A DNA stretch of 64,000 nt, taken from NCBI GenBank assembly GCA_036679645.1, contig JAZDCY010000014.1:64001-128000 (forward strand). Reading direction: 5' to 3'. This document shows positions 56,299 through 64,000 of this stretch, piece by piece; position 1 is the stretch's first letter, and each line of letters begins with the position of its first letter. The DNA is from Gemmatimonadota bacterium. Lineage in GTDB: Bacteria > Gemmatimonadota > Gemmatimonadetes > Gemmatimonadales > GWC2-71-9. A model generated the notes under the pieces. It had not been told where the DNA came from. It saw only the letters and a list, made by a program, of their open reading frames with translations, and did not search any database. The position numbers were made by a program, and so were the translations under genes.

Positions 56299-57840
56299 TC
56301 AGGGCGTGAGGACCGTTCTCCCCGAGGTCCGCTCGATGAACGCGTCCAACGTCTGCTTCCATTGCGCCAGAAGGTTCTGCTCGACGTACATCATATGCCC
56401 TGCCGCAAAATCCGCCCGCTGAATGTTGTCGCGCAGATCGGGCGGAAGTCCCATGTTGTCCATCGTCCACACCGCGGCGAAATACGGGGTCGCAAGATCG
56501 TAGATCCCGGCGATCAGCAACACCTCCAGCCGCGGGTTGCGCTGCAACGCCGTCGCGAGGTCAGGCGCGACATTCGGAATGCCCGGCAGACCAAAGCCGA
56601 TGTTGTTCCCCTCGCGCGTCCAGTTCCACGGTCGCGCACGGCCACTTGGCACGTACTCGCGGTCGCCGTCGTAGCCCAACTCGTCGCGCAAATAGGCATT
56701 GAACGCCGAGGTGTAGGCGGAACTGATCGCGGTCGATTGCGGATCGTGTGAGGGCCGTGTCTCGAGCACGTCACCGGTGGGGCCGGTGAAGCGCGCGTCG
56801 AGCCGGCCCACGACGAGACCGCGCTCCCGCAGCAACTCCTTCTCGAATTCGGGAGCTGACACCCGCATGTTGGCCTTGTCGAGGAATTCACGACTCAGGC
56901 CGGTGTACTGGTGCATCTGCTCGATGACACGGGAGCGTTGCTCGACATTCACCGCGCTTCCCGAGAGAAGCGTCGTCGCATAGTCGGTGATCGCCCAGTG
57001 CTCGACCTCGCTCATGAACGCCTCGAGGTCCGGCGGTGCGCCACCGGGAAGCACGCCCAGGTACGCTGCTGTCACGGCATAAGACGGCACGTTCACGATG
57101 TACGGTATGATCGCGCCCTCCGGAAACAGAATCGTGTTGAAGTCGAGCACCGTCGATACGAGCACGATGCCATTGAGGTCAATGTTCGCGCGTTGCAGAT
57201 GTCGAGCGAGCACCGCTGATCGCGTGGTGCCATAGCTCTCGCCCAGGAGATAGCGTGGCGAGTTCCAGCGCTCGTACTCACTGAGAAACCGGCGGACGAA
57301 CTGCGTGAGGGATCGCGCGTCTTCGTCGAGTCCCCAAAAGTCCTTTCCTTCCGCCTCGCCGGCGGGACGACTGAACCCCGTGCCGACGGGATCGATCATG
57401 ACGATGTCGGCCTTGTCGAGCAACGCGTAATTGTTGTCCGCCATCGGGTACGGTGGCGGTGCCTGCTGTCCGACATTGGGCGTGACGACCCGACGTGGAC
57501 CCATGATGCCCATGTGCAACCAGAACGACGCGGAGCCAGGCCCGCCGTTGTATGCGAAGATGACGGGCCGGTCGGCAGGATTACCGCCGTTGGTCCGGAA
57601 ATACGCGGTATAGAACAGTTCCGCGATAGCCTGTTCCTCGTCGTCTCTGAGGATGATGCTGCCCACCACGGCATCGTAGGCGACGGTCTCCCGACCGACG
57701 ACGATGGAGTGGCTACTCTCCCAGCGCGAGGGCGTGGGTTCCGCAGCCGGTTGGCGCGGTGCCGGCGCGTCCTGCGCGACGAGCACACTCGAGAGAGATA
57801 GAGTCAGCGTTAGCCACGCGAGTACGAGCGCGCGTTTCAT
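56299..57840 (-). CDS. Secreted S10 serine carboxypeptidase
   Basis: NGGPGSAS, IDPVGTGFS, GESYG, YDLATP, GHMMY; GGAGG RBS. Confidence 0.93.
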   Translation of the reverse strand: MKRALVLAWLTLTLSLSSVLVAQDAPAPRQPAAEPTPSRWESSHSIVVGRETVAYDAVVGSIILRDDEEQAIAELFYTAYFRTNGGNPADRPVIFAYNGGPGSASFWLHMGIMGPRRVVTPNVGQQAPPPYPMADNNYALLDKADIVMIDPVGTGFSRPAGEAEGKDFWGLDEDARSLTQFVRRFLSEYERWNSPRYLLGESYGTTRSAVLARHLQRANIDLNGIVLVSTVLDFNTILFPEGAIIPYIVNVPSYAVTAAYLGVLPGGAPPDLEAFMSEVEHWAITDYATTLLSGSAVNVEQRSRVIEQMHQYTGLSREFLDKANMRVSAPEFEKELLRERGLVVGRLDARFTGPTGDVLETRPSHDPQSTAISSAYTSAFNAYLRDELGYDGDREYVPSGRARPWNWTREGNNIGFGLPGIPNVAPDLATALQRNPRLEVLLIAGIYDLATPYFAAVWTMDNMGLPPDLRDNIQRADFAAGHMMYVEQNLLAQWKQTLDAFIERTSGRTVLTP

Positions 57841-58005
57841 GTATCCTCCGGCGTCAGTGGCCAGGTAAGCGTCAGTACTTGGAGCTCGGAAGCCTCACAC
57901 GAACAACGGTGGCGTTCGCCCACGAGTAGTGCGCATGCGAGTCCTCGGCTCAGTACAGATATCTGCACGAGTCCATTTGAGGTTGGCCCGTCAATTCGCA
58001 CGCGA

Positions 58006-60780
58006 CTAGCGATCTCTAAACTGTTCGTACAGTCGCCGGTGCTTGTTGTCCCTCGGATCGACCTGCCTGCCTCCCACCCACATCATCTCAACGCTGGTGA
58101 GAATCTGGAGCGGGTCGCCATCTGTTACGATGACGTCCGCCCGTGCGCCTGGTTCCAAACGTCCGGCGTCGATTCCCAAGATCCTGGCCGGGTTCATGGT
58201 GACTGCGCGTAGCCCACCGTCGGGCGTGAGTCCAAACGCGATGGAGTGCGCCGCGTGGTAGGGCAGGTTGCGGACGTCGGCGTCGCTCCCGGTCCCGAAC
58301 GCGAACGTCACGCCCGCGGCCTCGAGCACGCTCGCGTTGCGGAAGTTCGCGTTGACCGACTCGTCCCTATTCCCCGTCGGGCTGTAGGCTGATGTGACGA
58401 TGACGGGAATGCGCCGTGTCGCCAGCTCGTCCGCCACTTTCCACGCTTCGGTTCCGCCTACCACGACAGGGCGGACTTCGGGGAAGCTATCGGCGAACAC
58501 GAACAGCGTTCTTATCTGCCATTCGCTCTCGGCCTTGAAGAAGACGGGCATTTCGCCTCGCATGGCCGGTCCCATCGCTTCGAGAAGGACTCTTTCACCG
58601 CCCCACACGTTCGCTTCGAATGGTGCGGTTGGATCGTCACTTACCGATGGGTTCGCCGTAAATACGCGTGCCCGTCTGAAGAATTCGACCAACTCCTCCA
58701 TGCGCCGGCCCTTCAACTCGGGCTGCTTCTCTTCATCCTCGTCCTCGTCCTGGCCGCGCCATCTCGCCTCGGCCTCTGCCGCCAGCACGAACGACGACAT
58801 GGTGTGCGCGGTGCCGCCATGGAGATCACCATCATCGAGCACATCACGCCAGTTCTCATCGTCGCCGCCGCCCTCCCGGGGAGCCGGGAAGTCCACGACG
58901 ATGGCTGCCTCGCGCTTGACCGCCACCTGTTCCCACGTGTCGCCGTCGTTGAAGCCAATGACCGCCGCAGTGCCCGAAATCAGGCCGGAGGTTTGGGCCG
59001 TGAGTACCGTGGTGATCCCGTTCGCCCGCGCGACGTTGAGGCTCGGATAGTGCGGCATCACGCCAACGATGGCGCGGATGTGCGGATTGTAGGTACCGAT
59101 CTCACCCTGATCGGTGGCCTGCCCTACCTGACCGAACTCGAAGAGTCCGATCGTGGTGAGCGGATCGATCATGCCCGGGTAGACGTGCTTCCCACCGACG
59201 TCGATTCGCGTCGCGCCGGCAGGCACGCTGACCTCGGCGACGCTGCCAACCGCTTGAATGCGCCCACCAGCCAGGATAACCGTCCCATTGTCGATCGGCG
59301 GCCCCGACACGGGGTGCACGGTTCCCCCTACGAGCGCTACGACATCATCCTGCCCGCCGGCTGGAGGAACATCGCCATCGGCCATTGACGCACTGGGTTC
59401 CGCCGCACGGGCGGCAGTAGGCGTCGCGGTGCTGCGTTCAGGGAACGCGTTGAAGGGCTCGTCCCTCGTGCCGGCCTCGTTCGACGCGTCGTAGTAGACG
59501 ATGCCGTCCACGATCGTCTTCTCGACACGCGCCTGGCTGTTGAACGGCGACGCCGTCAGCAGAACGACATCTCCTTCTTTCCCCTCCTCTAGCGATCCCA
59601 CCCTGTCATCGATGTACATCATCCGGGCAGGATTGAGCGTCAACATCTGTAGCGCCACGAGCTGCGAGACGCCGCCGTACTTGATCGGCTTCGGGATCTC
59701 CAGGTGCATGAAGGGCTGGAGTGAGGGGATATCGGAGTTCAGAGCCGTGAGCACGCCGTGCTGTTGCATGATGGCGGCGTTGTACGGTATGGCGTCGAAC
59801 GCTTCGCGTTTGTACTGCCACCAATCGCTGAACGTCGCGCCGGCCGCACCGTGTGCGGCCATCTCACTCGCTACCCGGTATCCTTCGAGCACGTGCGTGA
59901 ACACGTCGATGCGAAATCCAAACCGCTCCGCCACGCGCATGAGCATGAGGATCTCGTCGCTGCGATACGAGTGCGCGTGGATACGGATGCGCCCTTCCAT
60001 GATGTCCACCAGCGCTTCGAGCCGAAAGTCGCGGCGGGGCGGTACGCGGAAGGCATTGCGGTTCTGTTCGTACTCGGCCCAGGCTGCGCGGTAGGCCTGT
60101 GCGGCGGTGAACGCCTCGACGTACGTGGCTTCCACCCCCGGTCTGGAACGAGGAAACCGGCTGGCGGCATTCTGCGGTGAGCCCTTGCGCGTAACGTTCT
60201 CGCCGAGTGCAAACTTGACGAAACGGGGTGCACCAGGGATTAACAGTTGTTCTGCCCGATCCATACCCCATCGCATCTTGATGACCGCACTCTGTCCGCC
60301 GATCGGGTTGGCGCTCCCATGCATGATCCGAGCGGTCGTCACGCCGCCCGACAGCGCCTGATAGATAGCAAAACTCTCGGCATCCAGCGCGTCCAACACA
60401 CGCACCTCCGGGACCACCGGAGCCGATCCTTCGTTGGTTGCCACCATGGCAACGTGCGAGTGCTCGTCGACGATACCGGGCATGGCCTGCAAGCCCGTGC
60501 CGTCGATGACGAGCACGTTGTTCGGTGCGCGCAGGTCCGTGCCGATAGAGCGGATGATGCCGTCACGAATGAGGATCGATGCGCCGACAATGGGAGCACC
60601 CGCGGCCGTCCACACTGTATCAAGATTTGCGATGAACAGATCACCGGTCGGGTAGCTTCCCCGCCCTTCTGGGAGCTGGACGTCGTAGTTGGGTCGCTCT
60701 TGTGCGCCGGCCGGGGCAACCAACGCTCCGAGCGTGAGCGCGACGAACGCAGTCCGCGTTGCTACACTGATGCGCTTCAT
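58006..60780 (-). CDS. Secreted amidohydrolase with two tandem amidohydrolase domains
   Basis: Domain 1 has PGIVDEHSH, KFALGEN, HAH, TH, NSD. Domain 2 has PGMID without HxH. Confidence 0.9.
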   Translation of the reverse strand: MKRISVATRTAFVALTLGALVAPAGAQERPNYDVQLPEGRGSYPTGDLFIANLDTVWTAAGAPIVGASILIRDGIIRSIGTDLRAPNNVLVIDGTGLQAMPGIVDEHSHVAMVATNEGSAPVVPEVRVLDALDAESFAIYQALSGGVTTARIMHGSANPIGGQSAVIKMRWGMDRAEQLLIPGAPRFVKFALGENVTRKGSPQNAASRFPRSRPGVEATYVEAFTAAQAYRAAWAEYEQNRNAFRVPPRRDFRLEALVDIMEGRIRIHAHSYRSDEILMLMRVAERFGFRIDVFTHVLEGYRVASEMAAHGAAGATFSDWWQYKREAFDAIPYNAAIMQQHGVLTALNSDIPSLQPFMHLEIPKPIKYGGVSQLVALQMLTLNPARMMYIDDRVGSLEEGKEGDVVLLTASPFNSQARVEKTIVDGIVYYDASNEAGTRDEPFNAFPERSTATPTAARAAEPSASMADGDVPPAGGQDDVVALVGGTVHPVSGPPIDNGTVILAGGRIQAVGSVAEVSVPAGATRIDVGGKHVYPGMIDPLTTIGLFEFGQVGQATDQGEIGTYNPHIRAIVGVMPHYPSLNVARANGITTVLTAQTSGLISGTAAVIGFNDGDTWEQVAVKREAAIVVDFPAPREGGGDDENWRDVLDDGDLHGGTAHTMSSFVLAAEAEARWRGQDEDEDEEKQPELKGRRMEELVEFFRRARVFTANPSVSDDPTAPFEANVWGGERVLLEAMGPAMRGEMPVFFKAESEWQIRTLFVFADSFPEVRPVVVGGTEAWKVADELATRRIPVIVTSAYSPTGNRDESVNANFRNASVLEAAGVTFAFGTGSDADVRNLPYHAAHSIAFGLTPDGGLRAVTMNPARILGIDAGRLEPGARADVIVTDGDPLQILTSVEMMWVGGRQVDPRDNKHRRLYEQFRDR

Positions 60781-62459
60781 CGGGCACCTCCGGGGCTCTT
60801 GCGGCCGGTGAACGTGAAGCTGCCAAACGGGCTCTCTCCGCTCCCCGACATGCGGTCTCCCTCCACCGTGCCCTCGGCGGTCAACTCGATCTGTTGGCCA
60901 CCGGCACTGATGTTGATCGTGAAACTGATGTTGTTGCCGGATACCCGGCCGCGCATCGATGCCGTACCCATCTGATCGCTCACGGCAGTGCCGCTGAACG
61001 ACCCGTCCGGGTCCATGTCGATGCTCGCCTCCATGGGAAATTCCTGACCCATGGCGCTCATGGTGATGGTCCAGTCGCCTGTTACGACGACAGCGGGCGC
61101 TCCGCCAGCCCCCGCACCGCCTCCGCCCTTCTCGTAGTTCCCTTCGACAAACGTGTAGCTGATCTCAGTGTCCTCGTCGAAGAGCGGCCCGGTCACGACC
61201 ACGAACGTCGCCGCCATCCCTTGGCCGATTCGTGCGACGTTGGGGATTCCGAGCAACGTCGCCGGGACCGTCGTGACCGCGCGAAGGGCAGTTGCCTCAG
61301 AGAGACCGAACTCAATGGACTTGCGAACCGCGGCTCGCAGATCGGCCTCGCCGCCACCCGTCGTGATGGCGAACGTCACCCCGGCTGCCTCGAGACGGCC
61401 GGCGTTGGACCAGATGTTCTCGAGACGCTCCTTCTCCCGCGCGGCGGCGGGCTCGAGTTCCTCCGGCTCGGTGACCTCGGGCGCTGCGGCCGGCTCCGGC
61501 TCGGCCTTTGGTTCTTTCCATTTGTCCCGATCCGGAAAGTCGCCGTCGATCAACACGGCCACACCGCGCTCGGCGAGGTCCGCGGCCACTCGCCACGCTT
61601 CCTGTCCACCGACGATTACGGGTCGTATTCCGTATTCATCAGATAGCGCCAGGACACGCCTGATGTCCTCGGCACCGTTGGCCGCGAAGAACACTGGGAT
61701 TTCGCCCGCCATTGCCTGTCGCAACACGGCGTAGTCCGGGTCGAAACTGGGTATTCCAAGCCCTTCGGGATCGCGCGCGTACGCGTCGCGCACCATCGCG
61801 TCGCGCCGTGCGTCCTCGAACGCCTGTCTCATGTAGGCGATGATGCCGAACAGTGTCCCGGGGTATACTCGCTGACCGCTCTTGAACGCCATGCTGAGGC
61901 CGACGTTGTCGTTCGCGATCAGTTGCCATGGGCGATCGACATCGGTCCGATACAGGATCGCTGCGCCGAGTCCGGCCGCCAACGCTCCATCGGGATGGAT
62001 GCCGGCGGCCACGAGACCCGCGGCGCGTTGCTCTTTGCCATCCTGGCCGGTGTGCGTTAGGAAGTCGGCGACTCGTCGGTGAGCCAGCATGCCCTGTAGA
62101 TCTCGCGGTCCATCCCACGAACGAACGCTGTCGCCAGGCTCGATCTCGGGAAACCCGACCTCCGCTTTGCCCTGGGCGTCGACGAGTCCGGGATAGACAA
62201 GGAGAGAGTCGCCTTCGAGCACCTGAGCATCACCGGGGATTGGGATACCGACCCCCAACGCTTCGATGAGCCCGCCCCGGACGACCAGGTTCACGCCCGG
62301 TTCCCGACGCCCGTCCGCATGGACGACCGTCACGTTCTGGAGTGCATATGCAGGCGGTGGTGGCGGCTCGCGGAATTGCGCAGCGCCGGCCTTAGGCAGG
62401 CCAATCGTCGCCAGCAGCGCCGCCCCACCAATCAGATTTCGGAGCGAAGGTCTGTTCAT
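60777..62459 (-). CDS. Secreted amidohydrolase-like protein (degenerate metal site) with C-terminal beta domain
   Basis: YPGLVDAQ lacking HxH; ALRAVTTVPA..LG; ATGA-coupled to the downstream amidohydrolase. Confidence 0.85.
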   Translation of the reverse strand: MNRPSLRNLIGGAALLATIGLPKAGAAQFREPPPPPAYALQNVTVVHADGRREPGVNLVVRGGLIEALGVGIPIPGDAQVLEGDSLLVYPGLVDAQGKAEVGFPEIEPGDSVRSWDGPRDLQGMLAHRRVADFLTHTGQDGKEQRAAGLVAAGIHPDGALAAGLGAAILYRTDVDRPWQLIANDNVGLSMAFKSGQRVYPGTLFGIIAYMRQAFEDARRDAMVRDAYARDPEGLGIPSFDPDYAVLRQAMAGEIPVFFAANGAEDIRRVLALSDEYGIRPVIVGGQEAWRVAADLAERGVAVLIDGDFPDRDKWKEPKAEPEPAAAPEVTEPEELEPAAAREKERLENIWSNAGRLEAAGVTFAITTGGGEADLRAAVRKSIEFGLSEATALRAVTTVPATLLGIPNVARIGQGMAATFVVVTGPLFDEDTEISYTFVEGNYEKGGGGAGAGGAPAVVVTGDWTITMSAMGQEFPMEASIDMDPDGSFSGTAVSDQMGTASMRGRVSGNNISFTINISAGGQQIELTAEGTVEGDRMSGSGESPFGSFTFTGRKSPGGAR

Positions 62460-62625
62460 ATCAATGTCCCATGCGGTTGTTTCGCTGAACCACTGAGCGG
62501 GAAGCTAAGTGAAGCGGCAGCGCTGGCGCTGTCAAGCGCCAACACAACCACATCGTCCTCGTTCATGATTACGCATCCGCCGATGACTACGATTCTGGAT
62601 AGGTGGCAGCTTCACATCCTCGAAC

Positions 62626-62674
62626 AGTATGTCAATACTTATGTATTGACATACTACGACCCTTACAATACGTT
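62626..62674 (+). promoter_or_regulatory. 13-bp inverted-repeat operator overlapping promoter TTGACA-17-TACGTT
   Basis: AGTATGTCAATAC-N4-GTATTGACATACT at 62626-62655; -35 at 62646, -10 at 62669; ATG at 62683 lacks an SD sequence. Confidence 0.72.
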
Positions 62675-62682
62675 CCCACACG

Positions 62683-63171
62683 ATGACCAAGACCCAACAG
62701 CTGCAAATCCGCGTGTCACCAACGGAGAAGGCTCGCGTCAAGCGGCTTGCCCGCCAGGCGGGGCAGGACGTGTCCGCGTACGTCCTCTCGCGGGTGTTTT
62801 CCCCTAGTGCGGATCGGTTCGCCGCGCTGTTGCGGCTGCTTCGGCGTGACCGTGATCGTCGGTTTGCGCTGGCCGAGCTGAATGACTTTTTGAGTGCGCT
62901 CGCGCCTGTGCAGGTCCCCGACGCGGTGGCGCATGCCGACCTTGGCGCTCTCTCGCCGTTTCTCGGGAACTATGTCGCCGCGATGGTAGAGCAGGCCGCC
63001 GGTCAGAAGGGCGTCGAGCCGCCCGAGTGGGTTCGGGATGTCGCGCCCCTCGACGAGCCACACTTCGGTGCGGATCTGAAACGTCTGCGTATGTATTTGT
63101 TGCGCGCGGCACCGGTGGCGTTCAAGCGTCGCAACATCTTCGTCGATGCCGCGGTCGGTGACCGGGTGTAA
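62683..63171 (+). CDS. RHH-domain protein, putative antitoxin/regulator of the NTase
   Basis: QLQIRVSPTEKARVKRLARQAGQDVSAYVL; C-terminal PPEW...P.F...PVAFKRRNIFVD. Confidence 0.75.
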   Translation: MTKTQQLQIRVSPTEKARVKRLARQAGQDVSAYVLSRVFSPSADRFAALLRLLRRDRDRRFALAELNDFLSALAPVQVPDAVAHADLGALSPFLGNYVAAMVEQAAGQKGVEPPEWVRDVAPLDEPHFGADLKRLRMYLLRAAPVAFKRRNIFVDAAVGDRV

Positions 63172-63177
63172 CGGAGC

Positions 63178-63705
63178 GTGCACCCGATCAAGCTGACCAG
63201 GGCCGATATCAACCGGCTCCTCGAACTGTTGAACGACGAGCTCGCCGAGGACGGTACGGAAGCTGAGGTGTACCTGGTTGGCGGTGCCGTCATGTGTCTG
63301 GCGCTCGACGCGCGAGCGGCGACCCGCGACGTGGATGCGTACTTTCGACCCACGCAACGCGTTCGCGAAGCGGCAGCCAGGGTGGCGGCAAAGGCCGGTG
63401 TCCCCGACACGTGGCTGAACGACGCGGTAAAGGGATACCTGAGTCCTCGCGGCGACTTCGACGCCTACCTAGAACTCTCACATCTCCGCGTCTTCGTGGC
63501 GCAACCAGCGTACCTGCTCGCCATGAAATGTGCGGCAATGCGTCTTGGCGAAGAGTTCCACGACCTGGACGATGTCCGCTTCCTGCTACGCTACCTCAAC
63601 ATCACGAGGGTGGAGGAAGCACTCGGGTTGGTCAACAAGTACTTCTCCGAGTCGGAGCTTCTCCCCAAGACGCGATTAGTGTTGGAGGAACTGCTCGCTG
63701 GGTAG
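63178..63705 (+). CDS. Nucleotidyltransferase-fold protein (DUF6036-like)
   Basis: YLVGGAVM, RAATRDVDA, WLND, YLLAMKC..R...DLDD. Confidence 0.82.
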   Translation: MHPIKLTRADINRLLELLNDELAEDGTEAEVYLVGGAVMCLALDARAATRDVDAYFRPTQRVREAAARVAAKAGVPDTWLNDAVKGYLSPRGDFDAYLELSHLRVFVAQPAYLLAMKCAAMRLGEEFHDLDDVRFLLRYLNITRVEEALGLVNKYFSESELLPKTRLVLEELLAG

Positions 63706-63750
63706 GTTGGGCGGTCCGCCGCGGATGAGAGAGAGCAGCCGGTAGAACCT

Positions 63751-63940
63751 ACGCCCTCTCGGCGTGCGGGTCGGGCGCCTGCCCAGCACGTCGTTTGGGA
63801 GGGAACCCATCAGCTCGGCGGTTAGAAAACCGGTACCTTCGGGGAGTCCGGCAGAAGCGGAGACTGCCACGGCAAACTACACGGACCAGCCACGAAGGCT
63901 GGTCCCCTGCAAGCACGAGAGACTATGGCACCCGAAGGAG
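63751..63940. ncRNA. Candidate structured RNA / regulatory leader (unidentified)
   Basis: Dense hairpins: ACGCC/GGCGT (63751-63765), CC-TTCG-GG (63836-63843), GGCAG/CTGCC (63850-63868), GGACCAGCC/GGCTGGTCC (63883-63905). No convincing ORF. Confidence 0.3.
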
Positions 63941-64000
63941 GGGTTCTGCTTTTGGGCCGGCTACGGATGGGAGCGTCACGGCATTCGTTTCGGGGACGAG

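Noticed and set aside
63915..63950. tRNA gene or att site from the minus-strand ...CCTCCTTCGGGTGCCA
   Set aside because: No TTCRA T-loop and no matching 5' acceptor, D or anticodon arms are visible. Kept only as part of the unidentified structured region.

Overview
High-GC bacterial chromosomal window. The lineage is probably Gemmatimonadota; this is an inference from the Ser/Thr kinase-PD40, DUF885, S10/M1/M28 peptidase and paired amidohydrolase content. Main blocks: (1) a cNMP-domain gene end, a TrkA-type K+ channel and an M28 peptidase; (2) a TetR-led operon for anaerobic benzoyl-CoA degradation (oah, internally deleted SDR, dch, class I benzoyl-CoA reductase bcrC-B-A-D, small CxxC protein, had); (3) an accessory block with a membrane-anchored thioredoxin-fold protein, a secreted 8-Cys defensin-like peptide, a DUF4876-like lipoprotein, a TonB-dependent receptor and a beta-barrel; (4) a cyanophycin operon iadA-cphB-cphA plus a CphA paralog lacking the ATP-grasp domain; (5) a four-helix-bundle gene inside inverted 7-nt repeat arrays, with an 'empty' heptamer hairpin elsewhere; (6) four VapBC-type and two nucleotidyltransferase TA-like modules, several with palindromic operators; (7) a diheme cytochrome c plus a NorB-like heme-copper-oxidase-family subunit with altered metal ligands; (8) assorted hydrolases. 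Several genes carry internal deletions, fusions or frameshifts. No rRNA, intact tRNA, CRISPR array, integrase or transposase was recognised. All family calls come from motif recognition by eye, not database searches.
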